A stretch of 32,000 bases of DNA. It comes from Mycobacterium tuberculosis H37Rv (GTDB taxonomy: Bacteria; Actinomycetota; Actinomycetes; Mycobacteriales; Mycobacteriaceae). The notes beneath the pieces were generated by a model. It was not told the DNA's origin and ran no database searches. It was given only the letters and a program-made list of their open reading frames with translations. Below, in pieces: positions 20,865 through 32,000 of the stretch. Within the stretch, counting starts at the first letter, position 1. Each line of letters opens with the position of its first letter. Made by a program: the position numbers and the translations under genes. Where the stretch lies: positions 1,350,001 to 1,382,000 of the forward strand of contig NC_000962.3 of assembly GCF_000195955.2 (NCBI RefSeq), read 5' to 3'.

Positions 20865-20880
20865 TTGAGCTAGCGCTCAA
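20865..20880. promoter_or_regulatory. Palindrome TTGAGC-tagc-GCTCAA in the divergent Rv1227c/lpqX intergenic region (candidate operator)
   Basis: 6-bp perfect arms, 4-bp spacer, located between the divergent starts. Confidence 0.35.
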
Positions 20881-20919
20881 CAAGATGCGTGCCAACTCAC
20901 CCTGCCCCGGGGAGGCGCG

Positions 20920-21477
20920 ATGAGTCGACAGTGGCACTGGCTGGCAGCGACGCTGCTCCTGATCACCACCGCCGCGTGCAGTCGTCCGGGCACCGAGGAA
21001 CCGGATTGCCCGACGAAAATAACCTTGCCGCCCGGTGCTACGCCCACCACGACCCTCGACCCGAGATGCATAGTGCGCGCGACCACCACCGGCACAGCCG
21101 ACGGCGATGCGGCGTCGCGCTGGACCGGAACCGTGCGGATCGCCGGGTTCTATGCCTCGATCTGCAACGCGGTATGGGACGGGAACGTCAGCCTTGCGGG
21201 AAAGGACGAGCTGACCGGCAAGGCTACGCTTATCCTCGTCGAAACCAGTTGCCCGGGCAAGGTTGTCGCCGGCGAACTCGTGCTGAAGGGGAACGTCGGT
21301 TCGGACAGCCTCGCGATCACCTGGGCGCACCCCGAACTCCCGCAGCGGGCGTTCGACCTCGGCGCCGGACAGGGCACGATCCGCCGATCGGGCGACCGTG
21401 CCGAGGGAACGTTCAACTCGGATATGGGTGGGGGCACCGAGTTCTTCTTGACGTGGTCGCTGACGATGCGTAACTGA
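20920..21477 (+). CDS. lpqX: Probable lipoprotein LpqX (185 aa)
   Basis: Signal peptide with lipobox-like MSRQWHWLAATLLLITTAAC|S. SD ggggagg upstream. Confidence 0.88.
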   Translation: MSRQWHWLAATLLLITTAACSRPGTEEPDCPTKITLPPGATPTTTLDPRCIVRATTTGTADGDAASRWTGTVRIAGFYASICNAVWDGNVSLAGKDELTGKATLILVETSCPGKVVAGELVLKGNVGSDSLAITWAHPELPQRAFDLGAGQGTIRRSGDRAEGTFNSDMGGGTEFFLTWSLTMRN

Positions 21478-21543
21478 CGATCACAACGTGCCCACCAAAA
21501 ACAGAGTAGACAACAGTCGACAATTCCCTTGTACTCCGGCGCT

Positions 21544-21702
21544 ATGAAGTCGATCTCCGTCGGTGAGCTGCGCCAGAATCCCGCTCCCATGATCGCCGAC
21601 CTCGAACGGGGTGAGCCATACGCGCTGACCCGCCACAACCACCGGATCGGAACGATCATTCCTGCCGTCTCGTCGGCAACACTCATTCCCCGGAAAGCCT
21701 AG
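21544..21702 (+). CDS. Short Phd/YefM-like antitoxin homolog (52 aa), likely orphan or relic
   Basis: ATG 21544 to TAG 21702: MKSISVGELRQNPAPMIADLERGEPYALTRHNHRIGTIIPAVSSATLIPRKA. The (M)K.ISVGELRQNP...L..GE.Y.LTRHN..IG.I.P pattern is typical of mycobacterial Phd/YefM and VapB-like antitoxins. Below the provided ORF-track cutoff. Confidence 0.7.
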   Translation: MKSISVGELRQNPAPMIADLERGEPYALTRHNHRIGTIIPAVSSATLIPRKA

Positions 21703-21708
21703 TACGCC

Positions 21709-21764
21709 GAGCAGACGCAACGGCACCCAATTTCGACCAGAATCGGGTTCTTTTGCGTCTGCTC
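21709..21764. repeat. Dispersed hairpin element, copy 3 (between antitoxin-like ORF and mrp, convergent)
   Basis: gagcagacgcaa (21709-21720) / ttgcgtctgctc (21753-21764), perfect outer arms, with partial inner pairing acccaattt / gaatcgggt. Confidence 0.85.
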
Positions 21765-21776
21765 ACGCGGTCAACG

Positions 21777-22949
21777 CTAGCGTCGTGTCGGGTCCAACCC
21801 CAGCGACATGCCCGCCAATCCGCGTCGTCGAGTCGACAAGCCGTCGGCGATGCTATGCAGTTCCTTGCCGATCGCCGAGTCCGGCGAGCTCAACACGAGC
21901 GGTACGCCCGAATCGCCGGCGGCCACCAGTGCGGGGTCCAGCGGGATCTGACCCAGCAGCGGCACGTCGGCGCCGACCGCACGCGACAACCGCTCGGCGA
22001 CCAGCCGGCCACCGCCCTCGCCGAACACCTGCATCGTGGTGCCGTCCGGCAGCGTGAGCCCCGACATGTTCTCCACGACGCCGACGATGCGTTGGCGGGT
22101 TTGCAGCGCGATGCTGCCGGCCCGTTCGGCCACCTCCGCGGCGGCCAGCTGCGGGGTGGTGACCACCAGGAGTTCGGCGTTGGGGATCAGTTGAGCCACC
22201 GAGATGGCGACGTCGCCGGTTCCGGGCGGCAAGTCCAGCAGCAGCACGTCCAGATCCCCCCAGTACACGTCGGCCAGAAACTGCTGCAACGCCCGGTGCA
22301 GCATCGGCCCGCGCCACACCACCGGGGTGTTGCCCTGGGTGAACTGGGCTATCGAGATGACCTTCACCTGGTGGGCGATCGGCGGCAGGATCATCGACTC
22401 AACCTGGGTAGGCCGGTCGGTGGTGCCCATCATCCGGGGGATAGAGTGGCCGTGGATATCAGCGTCCAGCACCCCGATCGACAGGCCGCGGACGGCCATC
22501 GCGGCGGCCAGGTTGACCGTGACGGTGGACTTTCCGACTCCGCCCTTACCGGAAGCCACGGCATACACCCGGGTCAAGGAATCGGGTTGCGCGAACGGGA
22601 TGACGGGTTCGCGGGTATCGCCACGCAACTGCTTACGCAGCTCGGTGCGCTGCTCGTCGCTCATCACGTCCAAGCTGACCCGCACCGCCGAAGTGCCTGG
22701 CACGTCGGCGACCGCCCGGGTGACACGCTCGGTGATTTCGGACTTCTTCGGGCAGCCGGCGATGGTCAGGTAGATCTCGACGTGCACGCTCCCATCCGGG
22801 CCGGTGTCGATGCTTTTGACCATCCCCAGTTCGGTGATGGGGCGCCGCAATTCGGGGTCGATTACCTTGCCCAGCGCGGTGCGTATCGCCGCGTTCAGGT
22901 CGCCATCACGAGTTCCGGACATCACCGCCGAGTGTAGGCGGCTTGGCAT
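21777..22949 (-). CDS. mrp: Mrp/NBP35-type ATP-binding iron-sulfur cluster carrier protein (390 aa)
   Basis: AVASGKGGVGKSTVTVNLAAAMAVRGLSIGVLDADIHGHSIPRMMG (deviant Walker A) plus DUF59 N-terminal domain LGKVIDPELRRPITELGMVKSI. Confidence 0.96.
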   Translation of the reverse strand: MPSRLHSAVMSGTRDGDLNAAIRTALGKVIDPELRRPITELGMVKSIDTGPDGSVHVEIYLTIAGCPKKSEITERVTRAVADVPGTSAVRVSLDVMSDEQRTELRKQLRGDTREPVIPFAQPDSLTRVYAVASGKGGVGKSTVTVNLAAAMAVRGLSIGVLDADIHGHSIPRMMGTTDRPTQVESMILPPIAHQVKVISIAQFTQGNTPVVWRGPMLHRALQQFLADVYWGDLDVLLLDLPPGTGDVAISVAQLIPNAELLVVTTPQLAAAEVAERAGSIALQTRQRIVGVVENMSGLTLPDGTTMQVFGEGGGRLVAERLSRAVGADVPLLGQIPLDPALVAAGDSGVPLVLSSPDSAIGKELHSIADGLSTRRRGLAGMSLGLDPTRR

Positions 22950-22961
22950 ACGGCCGAGTGG

Positions 22962-24197
22962 TCAGCCGGCAGGAGCCGGCGCCGGCGGCGCCAGGCCCGC
23001 GTCGCCAGGCGGGCCGGCCAATGGATCCGGAGGTGGGGGAGCGGCAGGTAGGAATGGAGGTGGGGGAGCGGTAGGCGGGAACGGCGGCGCGCCCACTGGC
23101 GGGCCATGTGAGCCAATGCAGATCAGCGTGCAGCCGGGCATCGGCGCCGATGGGTCAGGTGCCATCCACGGGAACATCGGCGGTGGATTGAGCGCCGCCT
23201 GGCGCGGGGTCAAGTCGATCAGCGGCAGGTGCGCCATGGGGCCATCGGCGGTCAGGCCGTTGACATTGATCGGCAAGCCGGGCCCGAGACCCTCCGGATT
23301 CTCGAGGTGCGCGTCGCCGAGTGGTGGTGGCGGACCGGTGATCGGGGGCAAGTCAACCGGGAACACACCGGTGGCGTAGCCGGCGGCCCAGCCCAGTACG
23401 TTCTGGGCGTAAGGCATCGAGTTGTTGTAGCGCAGGAGCGCGGCCATGACCTGCGCCGGGTCGCGCAGGTTGAGCCCACCGCTACACAGGTAGCGGGCTG
23501 CGGCCAACGTGGAGTCGAACAGGTTCTGCGGGTCAGCCACACCGTCGTCATCGCCGTCGGTGGCGTACCGAGCCCAAGTGCCGGGCAAGAACTGCATTGG
23601 CCCCATCGCGCGGGCGTACGTGACGCGATTGCCGACGCTGCTTTGGATGATGATCTCGTTGCCTGGCAGGGTGCCGTCCAGCGTTGGGCCGTAGATCGGC
23701 TGGATCGCGGTGCCGCGCGCGTCGGTGGCGCCGCCGTTTGCGTGCATCGACTCGATGCGCCCAATCCCGGCCAGCAAGTTCCAACTGACGCCACAGCCAG
23801 GGGCGGCAGCGGCCATCTTCAGCTCGGCGTTGCGGTAGGCGGACAGTGCCATGGCCGGAATGCCAAGCGCACCAGGCGAATTCACGATCATCGGTGGTGG
23901 TGGAGCCGATATGGTAGCTACCGCCACGCGGAAGCTGGTCGGCGGGCGCTTCATGGCGATGACGACCGGACCGGACAGGTCTATGCCGGACGCGGCGACC
24001 GCGGCCACCGGGGTGATAACGGCGTGCACCGGCGCGGTTCTCCCGGGGAATACCGGAGCCGCGCTGCCGACCGCACTGGCGAATACCAACGGGGCAATCG
24101 CTGCCACGCCGAATGCCGGCGCCCGCGTTAGGCGACAAGCTCCCCGCCGCACTGCAGCGACGGCCGGGCGTGCACCCCAGCGTCCCCCAATGTGCAC
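22962..24197 (-). CDS. Lytic-transglycosylase-like exported/membrane protein with Pro-rich C-terminus (411 aa)
   Basis: VSWNLLAGIGRIESMHANGG...GPMQFLPGTWARYATDGDDDGVADPQNLFDSTLAAARYLCSGGLNLRDPAQVMAALLRYNNSMPYAQNVLGWA is an SLT/MltB-like pattern. Corresponds to Rv1230c. Confidence 0.88.
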   Translation of the reverse strand: MHIGGRWGARPAVAAVRRGACRLTRAPAFGVAAIAPLVFASAVGSAAPVFPGRTAPVHAVITPVAAVAASGIDLSGPVVIAMKRPPTSFRVAVATISAPPPPMIVNSPGALGIPAMALSAYRNAELKMAAAAPGCGVSWNLLAGIGRIESMHANGGATDARGTAIQPIYGPTLDGTLPGNEIIIQSSVGNRVTYARAMGPMQFLPGTWARYATDGDDDGVADPQNLFDSTLAAARYLCSGGLNLRDPAQVMAALLRYNNSMPYAQNVLGWAAGYATGVFPVDLPPITGPPPPLGDAHLENPEGLGPGLPINVNGLTADGPMAHLPLIDLTPRQAALNPPPMFPWMAPDPSAPMPGCTLICIGSHGPPVGAPPFPPTAPPPPFLPAAPPPPDPLAGPPGDAGLAPPAPAPAG

Positions 24198-24259
24198 TCG
24201 ACCGTCCTCAGTGTGTGAGCCGTCGGAAACCTATGTCTTCTTAGCTTCTTTCTTCGTTT

Positions 24260-24275
24260 CGTGAACTAGATCACC
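24260..24275. promoter_or_regulatory. Candidate CRP/FNR-family binding site upstream of Rv1230c
   Basis: cGTGAactagaTCACc, matching GTGA-N6-TCAC, about 63 bp before the Rv1230c start. Confidence 0.45.
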
Positions 24276-24321
24276 ATACATAACTCTTGTCACGGGAGTG
24301 GCGCAATGGCCGACTCGGTAA

Positions 24322-24864
24322 TCACCCCGATTTCTTGGCGTGCTGCTCCGCCTCGTCGGCCACCCGCGGCTGCGCCACATCCGGATCCGTCGGCTGCAGC
24401 TCCGCCAACAGAGCGCGCAGGCTGTCCAGTTCGTGGCGCAGGTAGTCGCGCGTGGGGACCTCGCCGATGGCCAGCCGCAGCGCTGCCAGCTCGCGGGCGT
24501 TGTACTCGGTGTCGGCCTTGGTCTGTGCGGCCCGCCGACGATCCTCTTCGAACACCGCGCGGTCACGCTTTTCCTGACGGTTCTGGGCGAGCAGAATCAG
24601 CGGTGCGGCGTACGAGGCCTGCGTGGAGAAGGCCAGATTGAGCAGGATGAAGGGGTACGGATCCCAGCGCAAGCCGACCGCAAACAGGTTCAGCACGATC
24701 CATGTCAGTACGAGCAGCGTCTGCACCAGCAGGTAACGGCCGGTTCCGAAAAACCGTGCGATGGATTCGGTTGTCCTGCCGACGGCCTCGGGATCCAGCC
24801 GCGGGGCGAGCGTGCGCGATGTGCGTGGGGTGTACAGACGGCGCGGCGCGAAGGGTTTGCTCAC
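24322..24864 (-). CDS. DUF1003 membrane protein (180 aa)
   Basis: ESIARFFGTGRYLLVQTLLVLTWIVLNLFAVGLRWDPYPFILLNLAFSTQASYAAPLILLAQNRQEKRDR is a typical DUF1003 sequence. Corresponds to Rv1231c. Confidence 0.92.
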   Translation of the reverse strand: MSKPFAPRRLYTPRTSRTLAPRLDPEAVGRTTESIARFFGTGRYLLVQTLLVLTWIVLNLFAVGLRWDPYPFILLNLAFSTQASYAAPLILLAQNRQEKRDRAVFEEDRRRAAQTKADTEYNARELAALRLAIGEVPTRDYLRHELDSLRALLAELQPTDPDVAQPRVADEAEQHAKKSG

Positions 24865-26168
24865 CGTGGTCCTCCGGGTCTGTCCGGTGCTCCGGAGGGG
24901 TCGAGCTCCGGCATATCTACACGCCAGTCATGCGGCAATAGATGGTCGAGCAGGTCGTCCACGGTCACCGCTCCCAGCAGGTGGTTCTCGTCGTCAACCA
25001 CCGGTCCGCACACCAGGTTGTAGGCGGCGAAGTAGCGAGTCACCGCGGCCAGCGGGGTCTCCGGAGTGAGCGTGAGCAGGTCAGTGTCCACAACTCCGCC
25101 GACCAGCTCGGCCGGCGGGTCACGAAGCAGCCGCTGCAAATGCACACAACCCAGGTAGTGCCCAGTGGGCGTGGCCGTGGGCGGGCGCGCGACGAACACC
25201 ATTGACGCCAGGGCGGGGGTGAGATCGGGATCGCGGACCCGCGCCAACGCCTCCGCAATCGAGGTGTCCGGGGTCAACACCACCGGATCGGAAGTCATCA
25301 ATCCGCCCGCCGTGTCGGGGGAGTGCGTCAGCAGCCTTCGCACCTGCCCGGAGTCGCCGGGATCCATTCGTGTCAGCAGCAACTCGGCTTCGGTCGGATT
25401 CAGGACCGCGAGCAGATCGGCGGCGTCGTCGGGATCCATCTCCTCCAGCACGTCGGCCGCGCGTTCGGTGCCCAGTTGCGACAACACCTCGGCCTGATCC
25501 AGTTCGGGCAGCTCCTGCAGGACGTCGGCCAAGCGCTTGTCGTGGAGCGCCTTGAACACCTCGTGGCGGCGCTTCGGCGGCAGCCCGCGGATGGCGTCGG
25601 CCACGTCGACCGCTTTCCATCCCTCGAACTGGTCGAGCAGCTGTGCCACGTCTTGACCCGGCATCGCCAAGGCCGACGGCGTCAACCCCGCCACGTTGTG
25701 CCAGTCCACGACGTGCACTGGGCAGCGCCGTCGGAGCCGACGTTGGGTGCGGACGGCGACCCTAGTCACCATCCAGTCGCGACTTCGGGTTTGCTCGACA
25801 CCCAGGTCGGTGACCACGACGTCGACGCCGGCCAGCTCGGGTAGTGCGGGATCGTTGACCTTCACCAGGGTGTCGAGCACTTGACCCAGCGCCAGAGCCT
25901 CGCCTGGCCGCTGCTCGAAGCGGTGCAGTGACACGTTGCCGGTGCTCAGTGTCACCGCGTGCGGCTCGATCGCGGCGACCCGCAGAATCGGTATGAATAT
26001 CTTGCGGCGGGTCGCCAAATCGACCACCAGCCCGAGCACTCGCGGTTGTTGGCGGACAATGCTGATGCTGATCACGACATCGCGAACGCGCCCGAAGGAT
26101 TCGCCGAGCGGTCCCAGCACCGACATCCGCGAGAGCCGCGCCAGGTACACCCTGTTGACCGATCCCAT
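24861..26168 (-). CDS. Soluble MgtE_N plus tandem CBS domain protein (435 aa)
   Basis: ALHDKRLADVLQELPELDQAEVLSQLGTERAADVLEEMDPDDAADLLAVL (MgtE N repeats), then CBS-like ...DTAGGLMTSDPVVLTPDTSIAEAL.... No MgtE transmembrane domain. Corresponds to Rv1232c. Confidence 0.88.
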   Translation of the reverse strand: MGSVNRVYLARLSRMSVLGPLGESFGRVRDVVISISIVRQQPRVLGLVVDLATRRKIFIPILRVAAIEPHAVTLSTGNVSLHRFEQRPGEALALGQVLDTLVKVNDPALPELAGVDVVVTDLGVEQTRSRDWMVTRVAVRTQRRLRRRCPVHVVDWHNVAGLTPSALAMPGQDVAQLLDQFEGWKAVDVADAIRGLPPKRRHEVFKALHDKRLADVLQELPELDQAEVLSQLGTERAADVLEEMDPDDAADLLAVLNPTEAELLLTRMDPGDSGQVRRLLTHSPDTAGGLMTSDPVVLTPDTSIAEALARVRDPDLTPALASMVFVARPPTATPTGHYLGCVHLQRLLRDPPAELVGGVVDTDLLTLTPETPLAAVTRYFAAYNLVCGPVVDDENHLLGAVTVDDLLDHLLPHDWRVDMPELDPSGAPDRPGGPR

Positions 26169-26229
26169 GATTGAGAGCCTAGGCAGCTGCCTTCCGGATC
26201 AACCGAGGGTGGGCCAATGTCGCCTAATG

Positions 26230-26826
26230 CTAAGGGATAGCGAAGATCCCCGCGATCATGTAGACCAGCAGGGTCGCGATGCCAATCACAATGCCGGCCA
26301 CCGCCAGGCCGTAGCCTTCTTCGCGTGTCTGCTTGATCTGGTTGATGGCGATCGCGCCGAACACGATGCCCACGATCGAGCCGATGCAGCAAAGCACACC
26401 GACGAGCGCCGAGATCAGTGAGACGAGCGCCATGGTGTTCATGCCGGGCTGCGATGGGCCGTAGCCGTCTAGGTAGCCCGGCTCCGGGTAGTAGCCGCCC
26501 GGAGATCCACCGTATGGCGGAGGCATGGGCGGGTATGGTATGTCGCCGTAGCCTGCTGAAGAAGTGCCGGGGGGTGGATATCCGGGCGGCGCATAGCCCC
26601 CGGGTGGCATCGGCGGTGGATAGCCGGTCGGATACCCGGGCTGGTAAGCAGGCGGGTAACCGGACGGCGGATACGCCGGGGGCGGGTGGTTGGCCATCGG
26701 CGAAGATGCCGGCGGCGCCCAAGGAGCGTCAGCAATGGGCTGTTCGGGGGGCCGCTCACCGACCGGAGGCGGTCCACCCGCGGCGTCGTGCGCACTCTCG
26801 CCAGAGGAGCCGCTGGGAGCCGTCAT
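26230..26826 (-). CDS. Pro/Gly/Tyr-rich N-terminus plus DUF4190 membrane domain (198 aa)
   Basis: MTAPSGSSGESAHDAAGGPPP...; C-terminal NTMALVSLISALVGVLCCIGSIVGIVFGAIAINQIKQTREEGYGLAVAGIVIG. Corresponds to Rv1233c. Confidence 0.88.
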   Translation of the reverse strand: MTAPSGSSGESAHDAAGGPPPVGERPPEQPIADAPWAPPASSPMANHPPPAYPPSGYPPAYQPGYPTGYPPPMPPGGYAPPGYPPPGTSSAGYGDIPYPPMPPPYGGSPGGYYPEPGYLDGYGPSQPGMNTMALVSLISALVGVLCCIGSIVGIVFGAIAINQIKQTREEGYGLAVAGIVIGIATLLVYMIAGIFAIP

Positions 26827-26975
26827 GGTGATCAACCTATCCCGGCAACGATGCTCGCCGTTCGGTGGGCCTCGGTCGCTCGCGGGTTGAGTGGATAGTG
26901 TGCCGGGAGTAGCTGGACCTGACTGGACATGAAACGATGGCGCTGAAAAAGGGGGGCGGAGGAGAATGAGAACCG

Positions 26976-29850
<2,875 letters not shown>

Positions 29851-29854
29851 ACGG

Positions 29855-30679
29855 GTGGGCGCGCGGCGCGCCACGTATTGGGCCGTCCTGGACACTTTGG
29901 TCGTGGGGTACGCGTTGCTCCCGGTGCTGTGGATTTTCAGCCTGTCACTCAAGCCGACGTCAACGGTCAAGGACGGCAAGCTGATTCCGTCGACGGTGAC
30001 TTTCGACAACTATCGTGGCATCTTCCGGGGCGACTTGTTCAGCTCAGCGCTGATCAACTCCATCGGAATCGGCCTGATCACCACCGTGATCGCGGTGGTG
30101 CTCGGCGCGATGGCGGCCTACGCGGTTGCCCGGCTGGAATTTCCGGGCAAGCGGCTGCTAATCGGGGCTGCCTTGCTGATCACGATGTTCCCGTCGATCT
30201 CTTTGGTCACACCATTGTTCAACATCGAACGTGCCATCGGCCTGTTCGACACCTGGCCGGGGTTGATCTTGCCGTACATCACCTTCGCGTTGCCGCTCGC
30301 GATCTACACCCTGTCGGCGTTCTTCCGGGAGATCCCTTGGGATCTGGAAAAGGCGGCCAAGATGGACGGTGCAACGCCCGGTCAGGCTTTCCGGAAGGTG
30401 ATCGTACCGCTGGCGGCGCCGGGCTTGGTGACCGCTGCAATCCTGGTGTTCATTTTCGCCTGGAACGATCTGCTGCTCGCGTTGTCGCTGACCGCTACCA
30501 AGGCGGCGATTACCGCGCCGGTGGCCATCGCCAACTTCACCGGCAGTTCGCAATTCGAGGAGCCGACCGGCTCGATCGCGGCCGGCGCGATCGTGATTAC
30601 GATCCCGATCATCGTCTTTGTTTTAATCTTCCAACGACGGATTGTCGCCGGGTTGACCTCTGGCGCTGTGAAGGGATAG
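29855..30679 (+). CDS. sugB: Trehalose ABC transporter permease SugB (274 aa; in-frame GTGs at 29831 and 29840 are alternative starts)
   Basis: MalG-like permease with EAA loop [36 protein letters not shown]. Confidence 0.93.
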
Positions 30680-30683
30680 CGCG

Positions 30684-31865
30684 ATGGCCGAGATTGTGTT
30701 GGACCACGTCAACAAGAGTTACCCCGACGGTCACACAGCGGTGCGCGACCTCAACCTCACCATCGCCGACGGCGAATTTCTGATCCTGGTAGGGCCTTCC
30801 GGTTGTGGCAAGACCACGACGCTGAATATGATTGCTGGGCTTGAAGATATCTCGTCGGGAGAACTGCGCATCGCCGGTGAGCGGGTAAACGAGAAGGCGC
30901 CAAAGGACCGTGACATCGCGATGGTGTTCCAGTCGTACGCGCTTTACCCGCATATGACGGTGCGCCAGAACATCGCGTTCCCGCTGACCCTGGCGAAGAT
31001 GAGAAAGGCCGACATCGCGCAGAAGGTCTCCGAGACTGCAAAAATCCTTGACCTGACCAACCTTCTGGATCGCAAGCCCTCACAATTGTCGGGTGGTCAG
31101 CGACAGCGGGTCGCGATGGGCAGGGCAATCGTGCGCCATCCCAAAGCATTCCTGATGGACGAGCCGCTGTCGAACTTGGACGCGAAGTTGCGGGTCCAGA
31201 TGCGCGGCGAGATTGCCCAGCTGCAGCGGAGGCTGGGTACCACCACCGTCTACGTCACCCACGACCAGACCGAGGCAATGACGCTGGGCGATCGCGTGGT
31301 AGTGATGTACGGGGGCATCGCACAGCAGATCGGCACCCCTGAGGAGCTTTACGAACGGCCCGCCAATCTGTTTGTCGCGGGCTTTATCGGCTCGCCGGCC
31401 ATGAATTTCTTCCCTGCCAGGCTGACCGCGATCGGACTGACCCTGCCGTTCGGTGAGGTGACGCTGGCCCCCGAAGTCCAGGGGGTGATCGCAGCGCACC
31501 CGAAACCGGAAAACGTCATCGTAGGCGTGCGGCCGGAGCATATCCAGGACGCAGCATTGATCGACGCGTATCAACGCATCAGGGCGCTGACCTTCCAGGT
31601 GAAGGTCAACTTGGTCGAGTCTTTAGGCGCCGACAAATATCTGTATTTCACTACCGAGAGCCCGGCTGTGCACTCGGTTCAGTTGGACGAGTTGGCGGAG
31701 GTAGAGGGGGAGTCGGCGTTACACGAAAATCAGTTCGTGGCAAGGGTTCCCGCCGAGTCCAAGGTAGCCATCGGGCAGTCGGTCGAGTTGGCTTTCGATA
31801 CCGCCAGACTTGCCGTCTTCGACGCCGACTCCGGTGCGAACCTGACCATTCCGCACCGCGCCTAA
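30684..31865 (+). CDS. sugC: Trehalose ABC transporter ATPase SugC (393 aa)
   Basis: Walker [22 protein letters not shown]; signature [15 protein letters not shown]; Walker [12 protein letters not shown]; C-terminal MalK-type regulatory domain. Confidence 0.97.
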   Translation: MAEIVLDHVNKSYPDGHTAVRDLNLTIADGEFLILVGPSGCGKTTTLNMIAGLEDISSGELRIAGERVNEKAPKDRDIAMVFQSYALYPHMTVRQNIAFPLTLAKMRKADIAQKVSETAKILDLTNLLDRKPSQLSGGQRQRVAMGRAIVRHPKAFLMDEPLSNLDAKLRVQMRGEIAQLQRRLGTTTVYVTHDQTEAMTLGDRVVVMYGGIAQQIGTPEELYERPANLFVAGFIGSPAMNFFPARLTAIGLTLPFGEVTLAPEVQGVIAAHPKPENVIVGVRPEHIQDAALIDAYQRIRALTFQVKVNLVESLGADKYLYFTTESPAVHSVQLDELAEVEGESALHENQFVARVPAESKVAIGQSVELAFDTARLAVFDADSGANLTIPHRA

Positions 31866-31869
31866 TGGC

Positions 31870-31932
31870 GGCGAGCGGACACATAAGCCCCCGCCACGCC
31901 GAAGGATTTGGAGCTTTTTGCGTCTGTTCGCC
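31870..31932. repeat. Dispersed hairpin element, copy 4 (degenerate; between sugC and corA, convergent)
   Basis: ggcgagcggacacataagcc near 31870-31889 against ctttttgcgtctgttcgccg near 31914-31932. Same gcgAGCAGACGCAAAA-type arms with several mismatches. Confidence 0.6.
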
Positions 31933-31941
31933 GACGCGAAG

Positions 31942-32000
31942 CTAGAGCCAGTTTCTGTTGCGGAAGACGTGGTAGAGGAACAGACAGATAAGGACCATCC
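31942..32000 (-). CDS. corA: CorA-family divalent cation transporter, C-terminal end only
   Basis: Minus strand reads MVLICLFLYHVFRNRNWL* (TAG at 31944-31942), typical of a CorA C-terminus. Confidence 0.8.
   Translation of the reverse strand, partial: MVLICLFLYHVFRNRNWL

Noticed and set aside
20296-21330. Extended N-terminal part of the 832-aa ORF upstream of Rv1226c
   Set aside because: Lies over Rv1227c and antisense to lpqX. Plausible Rv1226c start is ATG 20295 (MTDRPHDWHRL) with ATGA coupling.
21753-22937. 394-aa plus-strand ORF opposite mrp
   Set aside because: Antisense shadow of the clearly conserved Mrp ATPase. GC-rich codon structure keeps antisense frames open.
26941-26975. aaaaaggggggcggaggag run upstream of Rv1234 as a phase-variable tract
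   Set aside because: Only A5G6 and located in the untranslated leader/SD region. Too short to claim slippage without comparative data.

Overview
The window reads as a conserved chromosomal segment of a Mycobacterium tuberculosis-complex genome (recalled locus range roughly Rv1206 to Rv1239c). That assignment comes from recognising protein sequences and gene order; no search was run. Gene order: 3' part of fadD6; folP2-like; gpgS; a DivIVA-like small protein; tagA; a DUF3117 protein; glgM/glgA(c); glgC; PE14(c); a TetR/ABC-exporter/ICMT-like/CocE-hydrolase operon (Rv1219c-Rv1215c); an O-methyltransferase (Rv1220c); sigE-rseA-htrA-tatB; a HAD phosphatase(c); a bacterial PH-domain pair(c); lpqX; mrp(c); a transglycosylase-like protein(c); a DUF1003 plus MgtE_N/CBS pair(c); a DUF4190 protein(c); Rv1234; lpqY-sugABC; and the 3' end of corA(c). 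No tRNA, rRNA, CRISPR, prophage or IS element was seen. No clearly new multi-gene system is supported. The observations most worth a second look are: (1) a dispersed family of four hairpins (GAGCAGACGCAAAA...TTTTGCGTCTGCTC), each 5-17 nt from a stop codon; (2) a 52-codon Phd/YefM-like antitoxin ORF at 21544-21702 with no toxin, missing from the ORF track; (3) evidence that PE14 is the intact middle of a frameshifted PE_PGRS gene; (4) a 27-bp in-frame tandem repeat at the folP2 start and degenerate DHPS catalytic motifs in FolP2; (5) candidate operators: two palindromes 20 bp apart over the Rv1219c start, a CRP-like GTGA-N6-TCAC upstream of Rv1230c, and a palindrome between Rv1227c and lpqX; (6) an ECF-type promoter-like motif inside the annotated sigE 5' coding region.
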